Source: an uncultured Chloroflexia bacterium (GTDB lineage Bacteria > Chloroflexota > Limnocylindria > Limnocylindrales > CSP1-4). Taken from it: a stretch of DNA of 64,000 nucleotides. Location of the stretch: the NCBI GenBank assembly GCA_963748625.1, contig CAVVJT010000010.1:1088001-1152000 (forward strand), in the 5' to 3' direction. Under the pieces are notes generated by a model. That model saw only the letters and a list, made by a program, of their open reading frames with translations. It was not told the origin of the DNA and searched no databases. A program made the translations under genes and the position numbers. This document shows positions 37,994 through 48,203 of this stretch, in pieces (positions within the stretch are counted from its first letter, which is position 1; every line of letters begins with the position of its first letter).

Positions 37994-39210
37994 GACCGGC
38001 CCTCGCCCATAGCGCCCTCGTGGCGCAGGAAGTGGATGTCCACCAGGGTGCCCGCGGGGAGGACGTCCTCGCCCGGCGGCACCAGCGCGATCGCGTCCGC
38101 GTTGGCGAGGGTGCTCACGAACCCTGTGGCCTGGCGCCCGGCGCTCCCGGCGAGCAGCCCGTCCGGGCCGTCCTCCACGACCACCCGGACCAGCGTCAGG
38201 CGGTCCACGCGGGGCCGGATCTCGTGGGTGAGGCGGGCGCGCGCGGGCGGTCCGGCAGGGATCGGCACGCCCGAGAGGCGCCGCAACGCGGGCCGGACCA
38301 GCGTCTCGAAGGTGAGCAGCGCGGCCACCGGGTTGCCAGGCAGCGACAGGATGCACGTCGCGCCGGCGAACGCGCAGGCGAACGGGCGGCCGGGCTGGAT
38401 GTCCACCTTGTAGAAGCGCTCCGCGGCGCCCAGCTCCGCGAGGGTCTCGCGGACCAGGTCGCGCTCGCCGGTGGACACGCCTGCCGACGTGAGCAGGACG
38501 TCAGCCTCCAGGCCCGTCCGGAGCAGTTCCCGCAGCTCGTCGGGCTCGTCGGGTGCCACACCCAGCAGCACGGGCACACCCCCAGCGCGCGCGGTCGCCG
38601 CGGCCAGCATCGACGCGTTGCTGTCGTAGATGGCGCCGGGCGGCAGGGGCTCGCCGGGCGCGACCAGCTCGTTGCCGGTGGACAGGATGGCGACCCGCGG
38701 GCGGCGGTGGACCCGGACCGCCACCCGGCCAATGGACGCCAGCACCGCGACCTCGGGCGGCCCGACGATCGTGCCCGCGCGCAGGCACGCGTCACCCGTT
38801 CGCATGTCGCCCCCGCGCAGTCGCACGTGGTCGCCCGGCGCCACCGGCCCGCGCACCCGGATGGTGCCATCGACCTCGTCCACAACCTCGAAGGGGATCA
38901 CCGCGTCGCCGCCCGGCGGCATCCGGGCGCCGGTCAGGATCTGGACGGCTGTGCCGGGCCGGACGTCCACCACCTCGCGATCGCCGGCGGCGATGGTGCC
39001 GATGACCTCCAGGCGGACGCCGGCGACGCAGTCCGCGGCCCGCACGGCGAACCCGTCCATCGCGGAGTTGTCCCAGTGCGGGAGGTCGAATGGGGCCCGG
39101 ATGTCCTCGGCGAGCACGCGGCCGTCCACCGCCGCGAGCGCCACCTCCTCCGCCTCGAGCGGCCGGAGCCCGTCGAGGATGAGGTCGCGCGCGATGTCGA
39201 GCGAGGGCAC
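37990..39210 (-). CDS. moeA: Molybdopterin molybdotransferase MoeA (gephyrin-like)
   Basis: GRVLAEDI, NSAMDGFAV, ILTGA, STGNEL, YDSN, SAGVSTGERD, LPGNP. Confidence 0.95.
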   Translation of the reverse strand: MPSLDIARDLILDGLRPLEAEEVALAAVDGRVLAEDIRAPFDLPHWDNSAMDGFAVRAADCVAGVRLEVIGTIAAGDREVVDVRPGTAVQILTGARMPPGGDAVIPFEVVDEVDGTIRVRGPVAPGDHVRLRGGDMRTGDACLRAGTIVGPPEVAVLASIGRVAVRVHRRPRVAILSTGNELVAPGEPLPPGAIYDSNASMLAAATARAGGVPVLLGVAPDEPDELRELLRTGLEADVLLTSAGVSTGERDLVRETLAELGAAERFYKVDIQPGRPFACAFAGATCILSLPGNPVAALLTFETLVRPALRRLSGVPIPAGPPARARLTHEIRPRVDRLTLVRVVVEDGPDGLLAGSAGRQATGFVSTLANADAIALVPPGEDVLPAGTLVDIHFLRHEGAMGEGRS

Positions 39211-39319
39211 GTGGATCTCCCGTGGGGCGGCTGATCCCCAGGCTGCGCGAGGTCCCGGAAACACGGGCCGGAGTTCCCTGTGAACCGGATTGCGGCGCGG
39301 ATGATACTCCCGCACGAGG

Positions 39320-39343
39320 CGCTATGGCCAAGTTGACATGGCC
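39320..39343. promoter_or_regulatory. Possible ModE-type operator between moeA and aor
   Basis: CGCTATGG-N8-ACATGGCC imperfect palindrome overlapping TTGACA; a ModE-family gene lies in the operon. Confidence 0.3.
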
Positions 39344-39379
39344 CTTCCGGGGCGCCCTCGATGGTGGAGAGTTGCGGCA

Positions 39380-41116
39380 ATGGACATGATCCTGCGCATC
39401 AACATGGGCGCCGAAGGTGGACCCAGTGCGAGCGTCGAGGAGATGGGCAAGTACGCGGGCCTGGGCGGCCGCGCGATGACGTCGCTCATCGTGGCCGACG
39501 AGGTGGACCCGATGTGCCACCCCCTCGGGGCCGATAACAAGCTGGTGTTCGCGCCCGGCATGCTGACCGGGTCCGCTGCCTCGACCAGCGGCCGCATCTC
39601 CGTGGGCTGCAAGAGCCCCCTGACCGGCGGCATCAAGGAGGCCAACGCCGGTGGCCAGGCGGGCCAGGCGCTCGCGCGGCTCGGCTACCGCGCGGTCATC
39701 GTCGAGGGCAGGCCCGCGGGCGACGACCTCTGGACGATCCTGGTGAACCAGGACGGCGTCTCCTTCAAGGTCGACAACGACCTGAAGATGAAGGGCACCT
39801 ACGACACCGTCGACAAGCTCAAGGGCGAGTACGGCGACAAGGTCACCTTCATGATCATCGGGCAGGCCGGCGAGATGATGCTTGGCGGCGCCTCGATCGC
39901 CGCGTGCGACCGCGAGCTGCACCCCACCCGCCACATGGGCCGGGGCGGCGTCGGCGCGGTCATGGGCTCCAAGCGGATCAAGGCGTTCATCCTCGACGAG
40001 GCCGGCACGAAGACCCGCCCGCCCAAGGACGAGGCGCGCTTCAAGGAGGCTGCCCGGATCTTCAACGAGGGCCTCCGGCGTCACGGCGTGTCAGGCCAGG
40101 GCCTGCCGTCGTTCGGCACGAACGTCCTGACCAACATCCTCAACGAGGCCGGCGGCTACCCGACCAACAACTTCCAGACGGGCCGCTTCGAGGGTCACGA
40201 GAAGATCTCGGGCGAGACCCAGGCCGCCGTCATGACCGAACGCGGCGGCGAGGCCACCCACGCCTGCCACCGTGGCTGCATCATCCAGTGCTCGGGCATC
40301 TTCAACGACGCCACCGGCAAGTACAAGAGCAAGCAGGCCGAGTACGAGACCGTCTGGTCCCACGGCGGCAACTGCGGCATCAGCGACCTGGACATCATCC
40401 AGGAGCTGGACCGCATGGATGACGACTTCGGCCTCGACACGATCGAGACCGGCGTGGCCATCGGTGTCGCCATGGAGGGCGGCCTCCTGGAGTTCGGCGA
40501 CGGCCCCGGTGCGATCAAGGTCCTCGCCGAGGTGGGCAAGGGCACGCCGCTGGGCCGCATCATCGGTTCCGGCGCGGGCGTGACCGGCAAGGCCTTCGGC
40601 GTGGAGCGCGTCCCGGTCGTCAAGAACCAGGCGCTGCCCGCGTACGATCCGCGCGCCGTCCAGGGCATGGGCGTGACCTACGCCACCACCCCCATGGGCG
40701 CCGACCACACCGCGGGCTACGCGGTCGCGACGAACATCCTCCGCGTGGGCGGGTTCGTCGATCCGCTCCAGCCCGATGGCCAGATGGAGCTCTCCCGGAA
40801 CCTGCAGATCGCCACCGCGGCGATCGACTCCACCGGGATGTGCCTGTTCATCGCGTTCCCCATCCTCGACCAGCCGGACACGTTCGATGCCCTCGTCGAG
40901 ATCATCAACGGGTTCTTCGACATCAACCTCACCGCGGCCGACGTCACGGCGCTCGGCAAGCGGGTCCTCGAGACCGAGCGGGACTTCAATGCCCGCGCCG
41001 GCTTCACGGCCGCCGATGACCGCCTCCCGGCGTTCTTCGAGAACGAGCCGGTCGCTCCGCACAACGTGACCTTCACGGTCACGCACGAGGAGCTCGACAA
41101 GGTCTTCGCCTGGTAG
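39380..41116 (+). CDS. aor: Aldehyde:ferredoxin oxidoreductase (AOR family, W/Mo-pterin)
   Basis: KSPLTGGIKEANAGG, GRGGVGAVMGSK, CHRGCIIQC, EYET, DDFGLDTI, YDPR, GADH, DSTGMC. Confidence 0.93.
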   Translation: MDMILRINMGAEGGPSASVEEMGKYAGLGGRAMTSLIVADEVDPMCHPLGADNKLVFAPGMLTGSAASTSGRISVGCKSPLTGGIKEANAGGQAGQALARLGYRAVIVEGRPAGDDLWTILVNQDGVSFKVDNDLKMKGTYDTVDKLKGEYGDKVTFMIIGQAGEMMLGGASIAACDRELHPTRHMGRGGVGAVMGSKRIKAFILDEAGTKTRPPKDEARFKEAARIFNEGLRRHGVSGQGLPSFGTNVLTNILNEAGGYPTNNFQTGRFEGHEKISGETQAAVMTERGGEATHACHRGCIIQCSGIFNDATGKYKSKQAEYETVWSHGGNCGISDLDIIQELDRMDDDFGLDTIETGVAIGVAMEGGLLEFGDGPGAIKVLAEVGKGTPLGRIIGSGAGVTGKAFGVERVPVVKNQALPAYDPRAVQGMGVTYATTPMGADHTAGYAVATNILRVGGFVDPLQPDGQMELSRNLQIATAAIDSTGMCLFIAFPILDQPDTFDALVEIINGFFDINLTAADVTALGKRVLETERDFNARAGFTAADDRLPAFFENEPVAPHNVTFTVTHEELDKVFAW

Positions 41117-41162
41117 AACGTCCCGACGCTGCCGCCGCGCATCCCCCGAGCGCGGCGGCAGC

Positions 41163-41747
41163 GTGCTGCTCACGGGCGGTGTCATGCTCCTCATCAGCCC
41201 GGCGACGGCTCCCTGGAGGGAGCTGAACGCCCTGCTCCAGCAAGGCGTCTGGTGCCGTGCCACGGTGCCGGCATACCTGCTCGACTTCCTCACCACGCAG
41301 GTCGGGCTTGCCGACGAGTACGTCCGCTCGCGGGTCGAGACGATCTTCCTCGACGGGATGGTCGTGGACGACCTGGAGGCGTCCATGGTCCACGACGGCT
41401 CCACCGTGACCCTGTCGGCGGCGATGCCGGGGCTGGCGGGCGCCACGTTGCGACGCGGCGGGTTCTACCGGTCGATGCGCTCGAGCATCAGTTGGTCCAC
41501 GCTCGCGGGCGAGGCGGACGAGGACCGCGCGGCACCGGGCCTGGTCCGGGTCAAGCTGTTCAACCTGATCCTGCGCGAGATGGGCCCCGAGCTGCTCCGG
41601 CACGGCGTCCTCGTGGACACGGACCGCGCCGTCGATGCGCTGGGCGCGCCCGCGGCGGCCGAGGCGGCCACGGCGGAGGGTGTGGGTCGTATCCTCCTCG
41701 TCGTCGGTGACGAGGGTCCCGAAGCTGAGGACGATCCGTGCAGGTGA
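41163..41747 (+). CDS. Hypothetical protein in aor operon
   Basis: LLQQG, RVETIFLDG..VDD, LSAAMPGLAGATLRRGG, VKLFN; between aor and moaD. Confidence 0.7.
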   Translation: MLLTGGVMLLISPATAPWRELNALLQQGVWCRATVPAYLLDFLTTQVGLADEYVRSRVETIFLDGMVVDDLEASMVHDGSTVTLSAAMPGLAGATLRRGGFYRSMRSSISWSTLAGEADEDRAAPGLVRVKLFNLILREMGPELLRHGVLVDTDRAVDALGAPAAAEAATAEGVGRILLVVGDEGPEAEDDPCR

Positions 41748-41962
41748 CGGTCAAGCTGTATGCGACCTTCCGGACCGGCCGGTTCGCGAAGGAGGAACGC
41801 GAGGTGGCCGAGGGCACGCGCGTCGCGGCGATCGTTGACGAGCTGCGCATCCCCGTGCCGGAGATCGGCGTGACGATGGCCAACGGCCGCCACGTGGAGC
41901 TGGACCACCTCGTCCGGGACGGCGACGTCATCGCGATCTTCCCCGTCATCGGCGGGGGCTGA
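41738..41962 (+). CDS. moaD: MoaD/ThiS sulfur carrier
   Basis: 74-aa ubiquitin-like protein ending FPVIGGG. Confidence 0.88.
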   Translation: MQVTVKLYATFRTGRFAKEEREVAEGTRVAAIVDELRIPVPEIGVTMANGRHVELDHLVRDGDVIAIFPVIGGG

Positions 41963-41976
41963 CGGGAGCGGCCACC

Positions 41977-42999
41977 ATGGACCGGTACGCGCGCCAGGCC
42001 CGCTTCCCCGCGGTCGGCCCCGAGGGCCAGGAGCGGATCGCTGCGGCCGTGGTCACGGTCGTCGGCTGCGGCGCCCTCGGCTCCGCGAGCGTGAACTTGC
42101 TGGCCCGCGCCGGGGTCGGCGAGATCCGCATCATCGACCGCGATGTCGTGGATCTCACGAACCTGCAGCGCCAGCTGCTGTTCGAGGAGGCAGACGCGCG
42201 TGACGGCGTGCCCAAGGCGGTGGCTGCCGCCGCGGCCGTCGAGAGGATCAACTCCTCGATCCGCGTGGTGCCGTTCGTCGTGGACGTCACGCCGTCGAAT
42301 GTCACGACGCTCCTCGTGGGCTCCACGGTCGTTGTGGACGGCACGGACAATCTCGAGACCCGCTTCCTGGTCAACGACGCCTGCGTGCGACTCGGCATCC
42401 CCTGGGTGTACGGCGGCGCGATCGGCTCCACGGGGATGGCCATGGCCATCGTCCCGGGCCGGACGGGCTGCTTCCGCTGCCTCTTCCCCCTCCCGCCCGA
42501 TCCGGCCACGCTCGAGACCTGCGAGACGGCGGGGGTTCTCGCCTCAAACGTGGCGATGGTCGCCGCGTTCCAGTGGACAGAGGCGGTCAAGCTGATCGTC
42601 GGCGCGGACACCGGCACTGCGGGGGCGCTGCTCGTGGTGGACGTGTGGGCCGGCGACTACCACCTGGTCGAGGGCGCCGCCCGCCGGGAGACGTGCCCCT
42701 GCTGCGCGGAGGGCCGGTACGAGTTCCTCGACGCCGCGGTCACCAGCCGCGCCACCACGCTGTGCGGTCGGGACGTGATCCAGGTCAGCCCGGCGCGGGC
42801 CGCCCGGATCGACCTTGCCGCACTCGGGACCCGCCTCTCGCCTTTCAGCACCGGCAGGCCGGTGGTCAACGAGCACCTCGTGCGAGTCCACGTGGACGGG
42901 CACGAGATGACAGTCTTCGCGGACGGACGAGCACTCATCAAGGGCACAGCGGACCCGGCGGTCGCCCGCTCGCTCTACGCACGCTGGATCGGGGCATGA
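41977..42999 (+). CDS. moeB: MoeB/ThiF adenylyltransferase
   Basis: RYARQ, VGCGALG, DRD...NLQRQ, DGTDN, CFRC, CETAGV, CPCC. Confidence 0.9.
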   Translation: MDRYARQARFPAVGPEGQERIAAAVVTVVGCGALGSASVNLLARAGVGEIRIIDRDVVDLTNLQRQLLFEEADARDGVPKAVAAAAAVERINSSIRVVPFVVDVTPSNVTTLLVGSTVVVDGTDNLETRFLVNDACVRLGIPWVYGGAIGSTGMAMAIVPGRTGCFRCLFPLPPDPATLETCETAGVLASNVAMVAAFQWTEAVKLIVGADTGTAGALLVVDVWAGDYHLVEGAARRETCPCCAEGRYEFLDAAVTSRATTLCGRDVIQVSPARAARIDLAALGTRLSPFSTGRPVVNEHLVRVHVDGHEMTVFADGRALIKGTADPAVARSLYARWIGA

Positions 43000-43049
43000 A
43001 GGCAGGACCGGGCGGCACCCCGGCCCGCGGCACTGGAGGAACGCGTCCC

Positions 43050-43406
43050 ATGGCAGAGCTGCACGTGAACATCGTCCTCGCGTCGGGGGCGCGCGTGGGG
43101 CCGGGCAAGGCGACGCTCCTCGAGGGCATCCGCGACACAGGCTCCATCTCGGCCGCGGCCCGCGCGCTGGGCGTGGACTACAAGCGGGCATGGCTGCTGC
43201 TCGACAGCCTCGACACCGCCTTCGACACCCCGGTCGTCGAGCGCAAGGCGGGTGGCGTGGGCGGGGGCGGCGCGTCGCTGACCCCGTTCGGCCTGGACCT
43301 GCTGGAGCGCTACCGTCGGATCGAGGCCGCCGCGACCGCGCTGGCGGAGGCGGACCTTGAGCTGCTCCAGCAGCACGCCCTGCCCAGCGCGGGGCCCAAG
43401 ATCTGA
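43050..43406 (+). CDS. modE: ModE-family winged-helix regulator (N-terminal domain only)
   Basis: GPGK..LL..I..TGSISAAAR.LG..YKRAW...GG.GGGGA.LTPFG. Confidence 0.85.
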   Translation: MAELHVNIVLASGARVGPGKATLLEGIRDTGSISAAARALGVDYKRAWLLLDSLDTAFDTPVVERKAGGVGGGGASLTPFGLDLLERYRRIEAAATALAEADLELLQQHALPSAGPKI

Positions 43407-43422
43407 CGCCTGCCGCCCGACG

Positions 43423-44784
43423 TCAGCGGAGACACTGAAAGGGACCCGTGCACCAGAGGCAGGCGGCGCAGGGGACCGTGCCGACATGGCAGTCCTGCTC
43501 GAAGTCACCCTCGCTCACGTAGTCGCAGAGCGCGACGTTGCAGTCGTAGCAGAACGGGAACTCGTACCGCGTGACCTCGCCTCGGAAGGCGCGCCATGGG
43601 CTGCCGTTCCAGATGTCCAGGACTGGCTGCTCCGCGACATCGCCGAAGACCTTGGGCTCCACGAGCTTGGTGATCCCGGCGAGGTGGCAGGCGAACCGGT
43701 GCCAGAGGAAGTAGCAGGGGTGGAGCTTCCCATCCCAGGCGACGAACGCCGAGCCCTCCTCCACAAAGTCGCAGTAGCGCACCTGGGTCGGGATGGTGCG
43801 GGGCAGGCGCAGCTCCAGGCCCAGCTCCGCAGCGAGCGCCGCAGCCTGGTCGAAGACCCTGGTGACCTCGTCAACCCGGGCATGGTCGAAAGCCATGAGG
43901 TCCGCGATCTTGAGCGAGATCCCCTGGCTGCTCGCATCCTCCACCATGCGTCTCACGTACTCGTTCGCGCGCCGTTCAGCGTCAGAGGCGTGGAAGCGTG
44001 CCGGCTCCCGGTAGTCGTCGAAGCTGACCCCATCGGCCGTGGCGCGCTCGCGCCATGCCTCGAAGATCGCGAGGGCGCGGTCCGTCGTGGGCATGAAGGC
44101 CGCCTCGCCGGCCATGGCCGGGTCGTACGGCAGCATGTGCGTGACGATGATGAACGCGTAGCCCTGGTCGGCGGCCCATTGCACCAGGAGCGGGAGCTCG
44201 CCGAGGTTGCTGCGCATCGCGACGAACTCCAGGCCGAGGCGCACGTCGCGGCCGTGGCGCTCCGCCGCCCCCTGGAGCGCGGCCGTCGCCGAGAGGATCT
44301 GGCTCTGGCGGGCGCCGCCGTGGATCTGGCGGAGCATCTCGGGGCTGACCGCGTCGGCCGAGATGCAGATCCGGTCCACGCCCGCCGCGACCAGCGAGTC
44401 CGCCCGCCGCGGGCCGATGAGCTGGCCGTTGGTCTGGAAGCCGATCCAGGCCGAGGCCGGCATGTCATCCCGTGCCCGCGCGATGAACCGCTCGAGGCCG
44501 CGGTGCAGGAGCGGCTCGCCGATCCCGTTGAGCACGAGTGACTCGAGGTGGGGGAAGGTGGGCGCGAGACGCTCGAATGTCTCGTCGGTCATGTCGCCCT
44601 CGACCAGGCCCTGGCCGGGCGCGTACTTGACGCACATCGCGCACTGCAGGTTGCAGCGCGTGGTGACCTCCACGAACAGCTTGGACGGGTGCCGGCGCAC
44701 CGCTGCCGGCGTCGGGCTCACGGGGGCCGCCACAGGAGCGGGAGGCGCGGGCTGCAGCAACGGCAGGTGCCGTGTCGCCGTCAC
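43423..44784 (-). CDS. Radical SAM/SPASM putative metalloenzyme maturase
   Basis: CNLQCAMC, GIGEPLLH, FQTNG; SPASM CDFV...PCY...FPFCYDC...C...DC...PCAACLWC.GPFQCL. Confidence 0.85.
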   Translation of the reverse strand: MTATRHLPLLQPAPPAPVAAPVSPTPAAVRRHPSKLFVEVTTRCNLQCAMCVKYAPGQGLVEGDMTDETFERLAPTFPHLESLVLNGIGEPLLHRGLERFIARARDDMPASAWIGFQTNGQLIGPRRADSLVAAGVDRICISADAVSPEMLRQIHGGARQSQILSATAALQGAAERHGRDVRLGLEFVAMRSNLGELPLLVQWAADQGYAFIIVTHMLPYDPAMAGEAAFMPTTDRALAIFEAWRERATADGVSFDDYREPARFHASDAERRANEYVRRMVEDASSQGISLKIADLMAFDHARVDEVTRVFDQAAALAAELGLELRLPRTIPTQVRYCDFVEEGSAFVAWDGKLHPCYFLWHRFACHLAGITKLVEPKVFGDVAEQPVLDIWNGSPWRAFRGEVTRYEFPFCYDCNVALCDYVSEGDFEQDCHVGTVPCAACLWCTGPFQCLR

Positions 44785-44922
44785 AGGTTCCTCCACAGCA
44801 CAGCCGGCTGGAGCGCGACCGGATGGGGCAAGGGCGCTGAGGAACGAGTGTACCCAGCCCGTCACTGCTCCCGCATGACCATGGGGGGGGCGGCCACGCA
44901 CCCGGTGACCGCCACCGTGGTC

Positions 44923-45318
44923 CTACGCTCCGGGCCGCTCCACAGGCAGGCTAGCCGCCGCCCACGCCGTGAAGCCGCCGTCCATGTCCGCGGCGCGGTC
45001 GAACCCGAGGTCGCGCAGCGTGGCCGCGGCGAGGCTGGAGCTGTAGCCGTCCTCGCACACGAGGATCACCCGCCGGGCCGGGTCGTCCCAACGCGGGTCC
45101 GAGTAGCCAGACGCCGGGTCCAGGCGCCAGAACAGCACCGACAGCGGGATGTGCGCCGCGCCTGGGATCATGCCTGCCGCCTCGCGCTGGCTCGCGCAGC
45201 GCGTGTCCACGACCAGGGCGCCACCGTCCATCTCGCGGGCGGCGTCCGCGGGGGAGACGCGGTCGATCCGCGACCGCGCCGCCTCGAGCAGCTCGTTGAT
45301 GGTCAGCCGGCTCGCCAC
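44923..45318 (-). CDS. Rhodanese-like domain protein
   Basis: VVDTR, GMIPGA, CEDGYSS, DMDGGFTAW. Confidence 0.85.
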   Translation of the reverse strand: MASRLTINELLEAARSRIDRVSPADAAREMDGGALVVDTRCASQREAAGMIPGAAHIPLSVLFWRLDPASGYSDPRWDDPARRVILVCEDGYSSSLAAATLRDLGFDRAADMDGGFTAWAAASLPVERPGA

Positions 45319-45321
45319 GGG

Positions 45322-46398
45322 TCAGCCCGGCAGCAGCGAATCGTTCACCAGCTGGTCCACCGTGACCGGGTTCGGCACCAGGTCCAGCGTCGTCATGAAC
45401 TCCAGGGACTTCTGCCAGCCGTCGGTGTCGATGGAGCCGAGCGCGCCGCCGGTCCGCGTGTTCTGCCACTGCGCCACGGTCGCCTCCAGGATCTGGAGTT
45501 GCAGGGCCGGGTCGGCGGCAAGCTCCGGGACCATCGCGAAGGTGGCATCGAGGCCCTTCTGCGGATCGGCCTTGATCTCCTCCATCGCCTGCAGGGTTGC
45601 CGCGGTGAAGGCCGTGAGGGCATCCCGCTTGGCCTCCAGGGTCGCCGTGCCGGTCACGAGGCCCGGACCCGGCAGGGGCACGAACCCGTCCACGGTGAGC
45701 ACGTTCACGTCGATCCCGGCGTTGCCCAGCACGATGGGCTCGTTGTTGGCGAAGCCGGTGGCCGCATCCACGGCGCCCTGCTGGAGGGCCGCCGCCTGGC
45801 CGAAGTCCGGGAACTCGACGAGCTTGACGTCGTCCACCGTCAGGCCGGCCGAATCGAGCAGCGCGAGGAGCTGGATCCACGAGGTGCCGTACTTGCCTGG
45901 GATGCCGATCCGCTTGCCCTTGAGGTCCGCGGGGGCTGCGATGCCGGCGTCGGCACGCGCGATCACGACCGCTGGGAACTGCCCGTAGATGGTCGCCGTG
46001 TAGACGACCGGGATGCCCTGGCTGACCGCGGGGATGACCGAGGTGCCGTCGCCTGAGCCGATGTCCACGGCGCCCTGGCCCAGGAGCGTGATCAGGTCCG
46101 GGTCGATCTTGTTCTGGAGCGTCACGTCGAGGCCTGCCGCGTCGTAGTAGCCCGCCTGCTCGGCGAGGTAGAACTGGGCGAACTGGACGCTGGGGATGTA
46201 GCCCAGACCGACGGTCAAGGGAACGGGTTCGACGGCCGGGGACGGCCGCTCGGTTGCCGGCGCGGTCGTCGCGCCCGAGCCGCCACACGCGGCGACGAGG
46301 ACAGCGATGGCGGCGACCACGGCCGCGGGCCGCAGGAGAGTGGCGCGGAGCGAGGACACGGTGCTGGAGACCTCCGGGATCGATGAGGTGCGGCTCAC
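45322..46398 (-). CDS. ribY: ABC transporter substrate-binding lipoprotein (NMT1/THI5 family), riboflavin importer RibY-like
   Basis: Lipobox LVAAC; LGYIPSVQFA.FY, GIPGKYG, NNEP; FMN riboswitch upstream of the operon. Confidence 0.8.
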   Translation of the reverse strand: MSRTSSIPEVSSTVSSLRATLLRPAAVVAAIAVLVAACGGSGATTAPATERPSPAVEPVPLTVGLGYIPSVQFAQFYLAEQAGYYDAAGLDVTLQNKIDPDLITLLGQGAVDIGSGDGTSVIPAVSQGIPVVYTATIYGQFPAVVIARADAGIAAPADLKGKRIGIPGKYGTSWIQLLALLDSAGLTVDDVKLVEFPDFGQAAALQQGAVDAATGFANNEPIVLGNAGIDVNVLTVDGFVPLPGPGLVTGTATLEAKRDALTAFTAATLQAMEEIKADPQKGLDATFAMVPELAADPALQLQILEATVAQWQNTRTGGALGSIDTDGWQKSLEFMTTLDLVPNPVTVDQLVNDSLLPG

Positions 46399-47180
46399 CG
46401 GTCACCGACCAGGCGGCGCTCGATGAGGACCATGACGAGGTAGAGGCTCACGCCGATGAGGGCGAGCGTGAGCAGGGTGGCGAACATGAGGGGGATGTCG
46501 AACATGGAGCCGCGCGCCATGTTGATGAGCACGCCCAGACCGTTGTCCCCGCCCGCCCATTCGGCGACGATCGCGCCGATGACGGCCAAGGTGATGCCCA
46601 CGCGCATGCCGCCCAGGATCGCGGGCAGCGCCGCGGGGATCTCGACACGGCTGACCGTCTGCCACGACGTGGCGCGGAACGAGCGGGCCATCTCCAGCAG
46701 GCGCGGGTCCACCGAGCGGATCCCCACCATTGTGGCGACGGCGACCGGGAAGAACACGATCAGCGTGGTGATCACGAGCTTGGACAGCAGTCCCGTGCCG
46801 AACCACAGCGCGATGAGCGGAGCGAGCGCGAGGACCGGGGTTGCCTGGGCGGCGACGATGTACGGCGAGAGCAGGCGCTCGGCGAGGCGGGAGCGCGCGA
46901 GGAGCACGCCGACCACGAGCGCAAGCGTGGCGCCCAGGGCGAAGCCGAGCAGGATCTCCATCAGCGTCTGGGCGGTGTGCTTCCACATCAGGCCCTCGGC
47001 CCAGGCAGCGACGAACCGTTGGGCCACGGTGAGCGGTCCGGGCAGGATGAACGGCGGGTAGCCGGTCACGACGACGACAACCTGCCAGGCGACGACGAAC
47101 ACGACCAGGCTCAGCACGATCGGCCAGAGGACGTGGAAGCTGCGGCGGCGGCGTCCTCCCGCCGGCGTGGTCCCGCTCAC
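46395..47180 (-). CDS. ribX: ABC transporter permease, RibX-like
   Basis: QATPVLALAPL..WFG.G, EAA-loop, GAIVAEW; GTGA coupling. Confidence 0.8.
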   Translation of the reverse strand: MSGTTPAGGRRRRSFHVLWPIVLSLVVFVVAWQVVVVVTGYPPFILPGPLTVAQRFVAAWAEGLMWKHTAQTLMEILLGFALGATLALVVGVLLARSRLAERLLSPYIVAAQATPVLALAPLIALWFGTGLLSKLVITTLIVFFPVAVATMVGIRSVDPRLLEMARSFRATSWQTVSRVEIPAALPAILGGMRVGITLAVIGAIVAEWAGGDNGLGVLINMARGSMFDIPLMFATLLTLALIGVSLYLVMVLIERRLVGDR

Positions 47181-48121
47181 GGCTCGTCCTCCGATCGGAA
47201 CGGGTCGAACCAGGCAGGCGTGCCCGGGTCGGTGTCGGCATGGCGGCGCCCGGCCCTGCCGCCGGGCAGCGCCACGACCTGCGCGTGGTCCTCGACCATG
47301 GCGATGCGGTCGTCGGTGGTGTCCACGAGGTGCGCGCGGATGTCGGCGGCGAGCGACGAGACCAGCGCGGAGTCCATGTCCGCCGTGCGGCGCGGCCGGG
47401 GCAGCTCCACGCGGATGTCGGCCACCACAGCGCCTGGACGAGGCGACATGACGACGACGCGGTCGGCGAGGAAGATCGCCTCGGGGATGCTGTGGGTGAC
47501 GATGACGATGGTGGTCCCGGTGCGGTCCCACAGGCGCAGCAGCTCCGCGTTGAAGCGCTCGCGGGTGAGCGCGTCGAGCGCGCTGAACGGCTCGTCCATC
47601 AGGAGCACCCGCGGCTCCAGGGCCAGCGCCCGCGCGATCGCGACCCGCTGGCGCGTCCCGCCCGAGAGCGTCGAAGGCTTGGCACGCGCGAACTCCCGCA
47701 GGCCCACGAGACCCAGCAGCTCCTCGGCGCGGGCCGCCTGGCGCTCCTTCGACCAGCCCGCGAGCTCCAGCGGGAAGCAGACGTTGGCCTCGGCCGACTT
47801 CCATGCCAGCAGCCGGGGCTCCTGGAAGACGAGGCCCACCCGCGGGTCGGGTCCGCTGACCGGGACGCCCTCCACCTCCACCGATCCGCTCTCGGCGGGG
47901 ATCAGGCCGGCGACCACGCGCAGCAGCGTGCTCTTGCCGCACCCGTTGGGCCCGATGAGCGCGACCACCTCGCCGGCGCGCACGTCGAGGGAAAGACGGT
48001 CCAGGACGTGGACGGTGCGCGCGCCGTGGAAGGTGAGCGAGACGTCGGCGATGGCCAGGCCGGCACCGGGTGCCCGGGCAGGCAGCACAGGCGCGGGATC
48101 CTGGGCCCTGGTCGCCGTCAT
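47177..48121 (-). CDS. ABC transporter ATP-binding protein (nitrate/sulfonate-type)
   Basis: GPNGCGKS, VFQEP, LSGG, LLMDEPF, VTH. Confidence 0.92.
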   Translation of the reverse strand: MTATRAQDPAPVLPARAPGAGLAIADVSLTFHGARTVHVLDRLSLDVRAGEVVALIGPNGCGKSTLLRVVAGLIPAESGSVEVEGVPVSGPDPRVGLVFQEPRLLAWKSAEANVCFPLELAGWSKERQAARAEELLGLVGLREFARAKPSTLSGGTRQRVAIARALALEPRVLLMDEPFSALDALTRERFNAELLRLWDRTGTTIVIVTHSIPEAIFLADRVVVMSPRPGAVVADIRVELPRPRRTADMDSALVSSLAADIRAHLVDTTDDRIAMVEDHAQVVALPGGRAGRRHADTDPGTPAWFDPFRSEDEP

Positions 48122-48203
48122 GTCTGCCTCCGGTGCACGTACCACGAGCACATCGGGGCAGGGATGGACGGCATCGCCCGGACGCCGGGCGCACCGGTCC
48201 ACG

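Noticed and set aside
43423-44784. rSAM/SPASM as a RiPP maturase
   Set aside because: No adjacent precursor peptide or RRE/PqqD domain seen; the context is molybdopterin/AOR.
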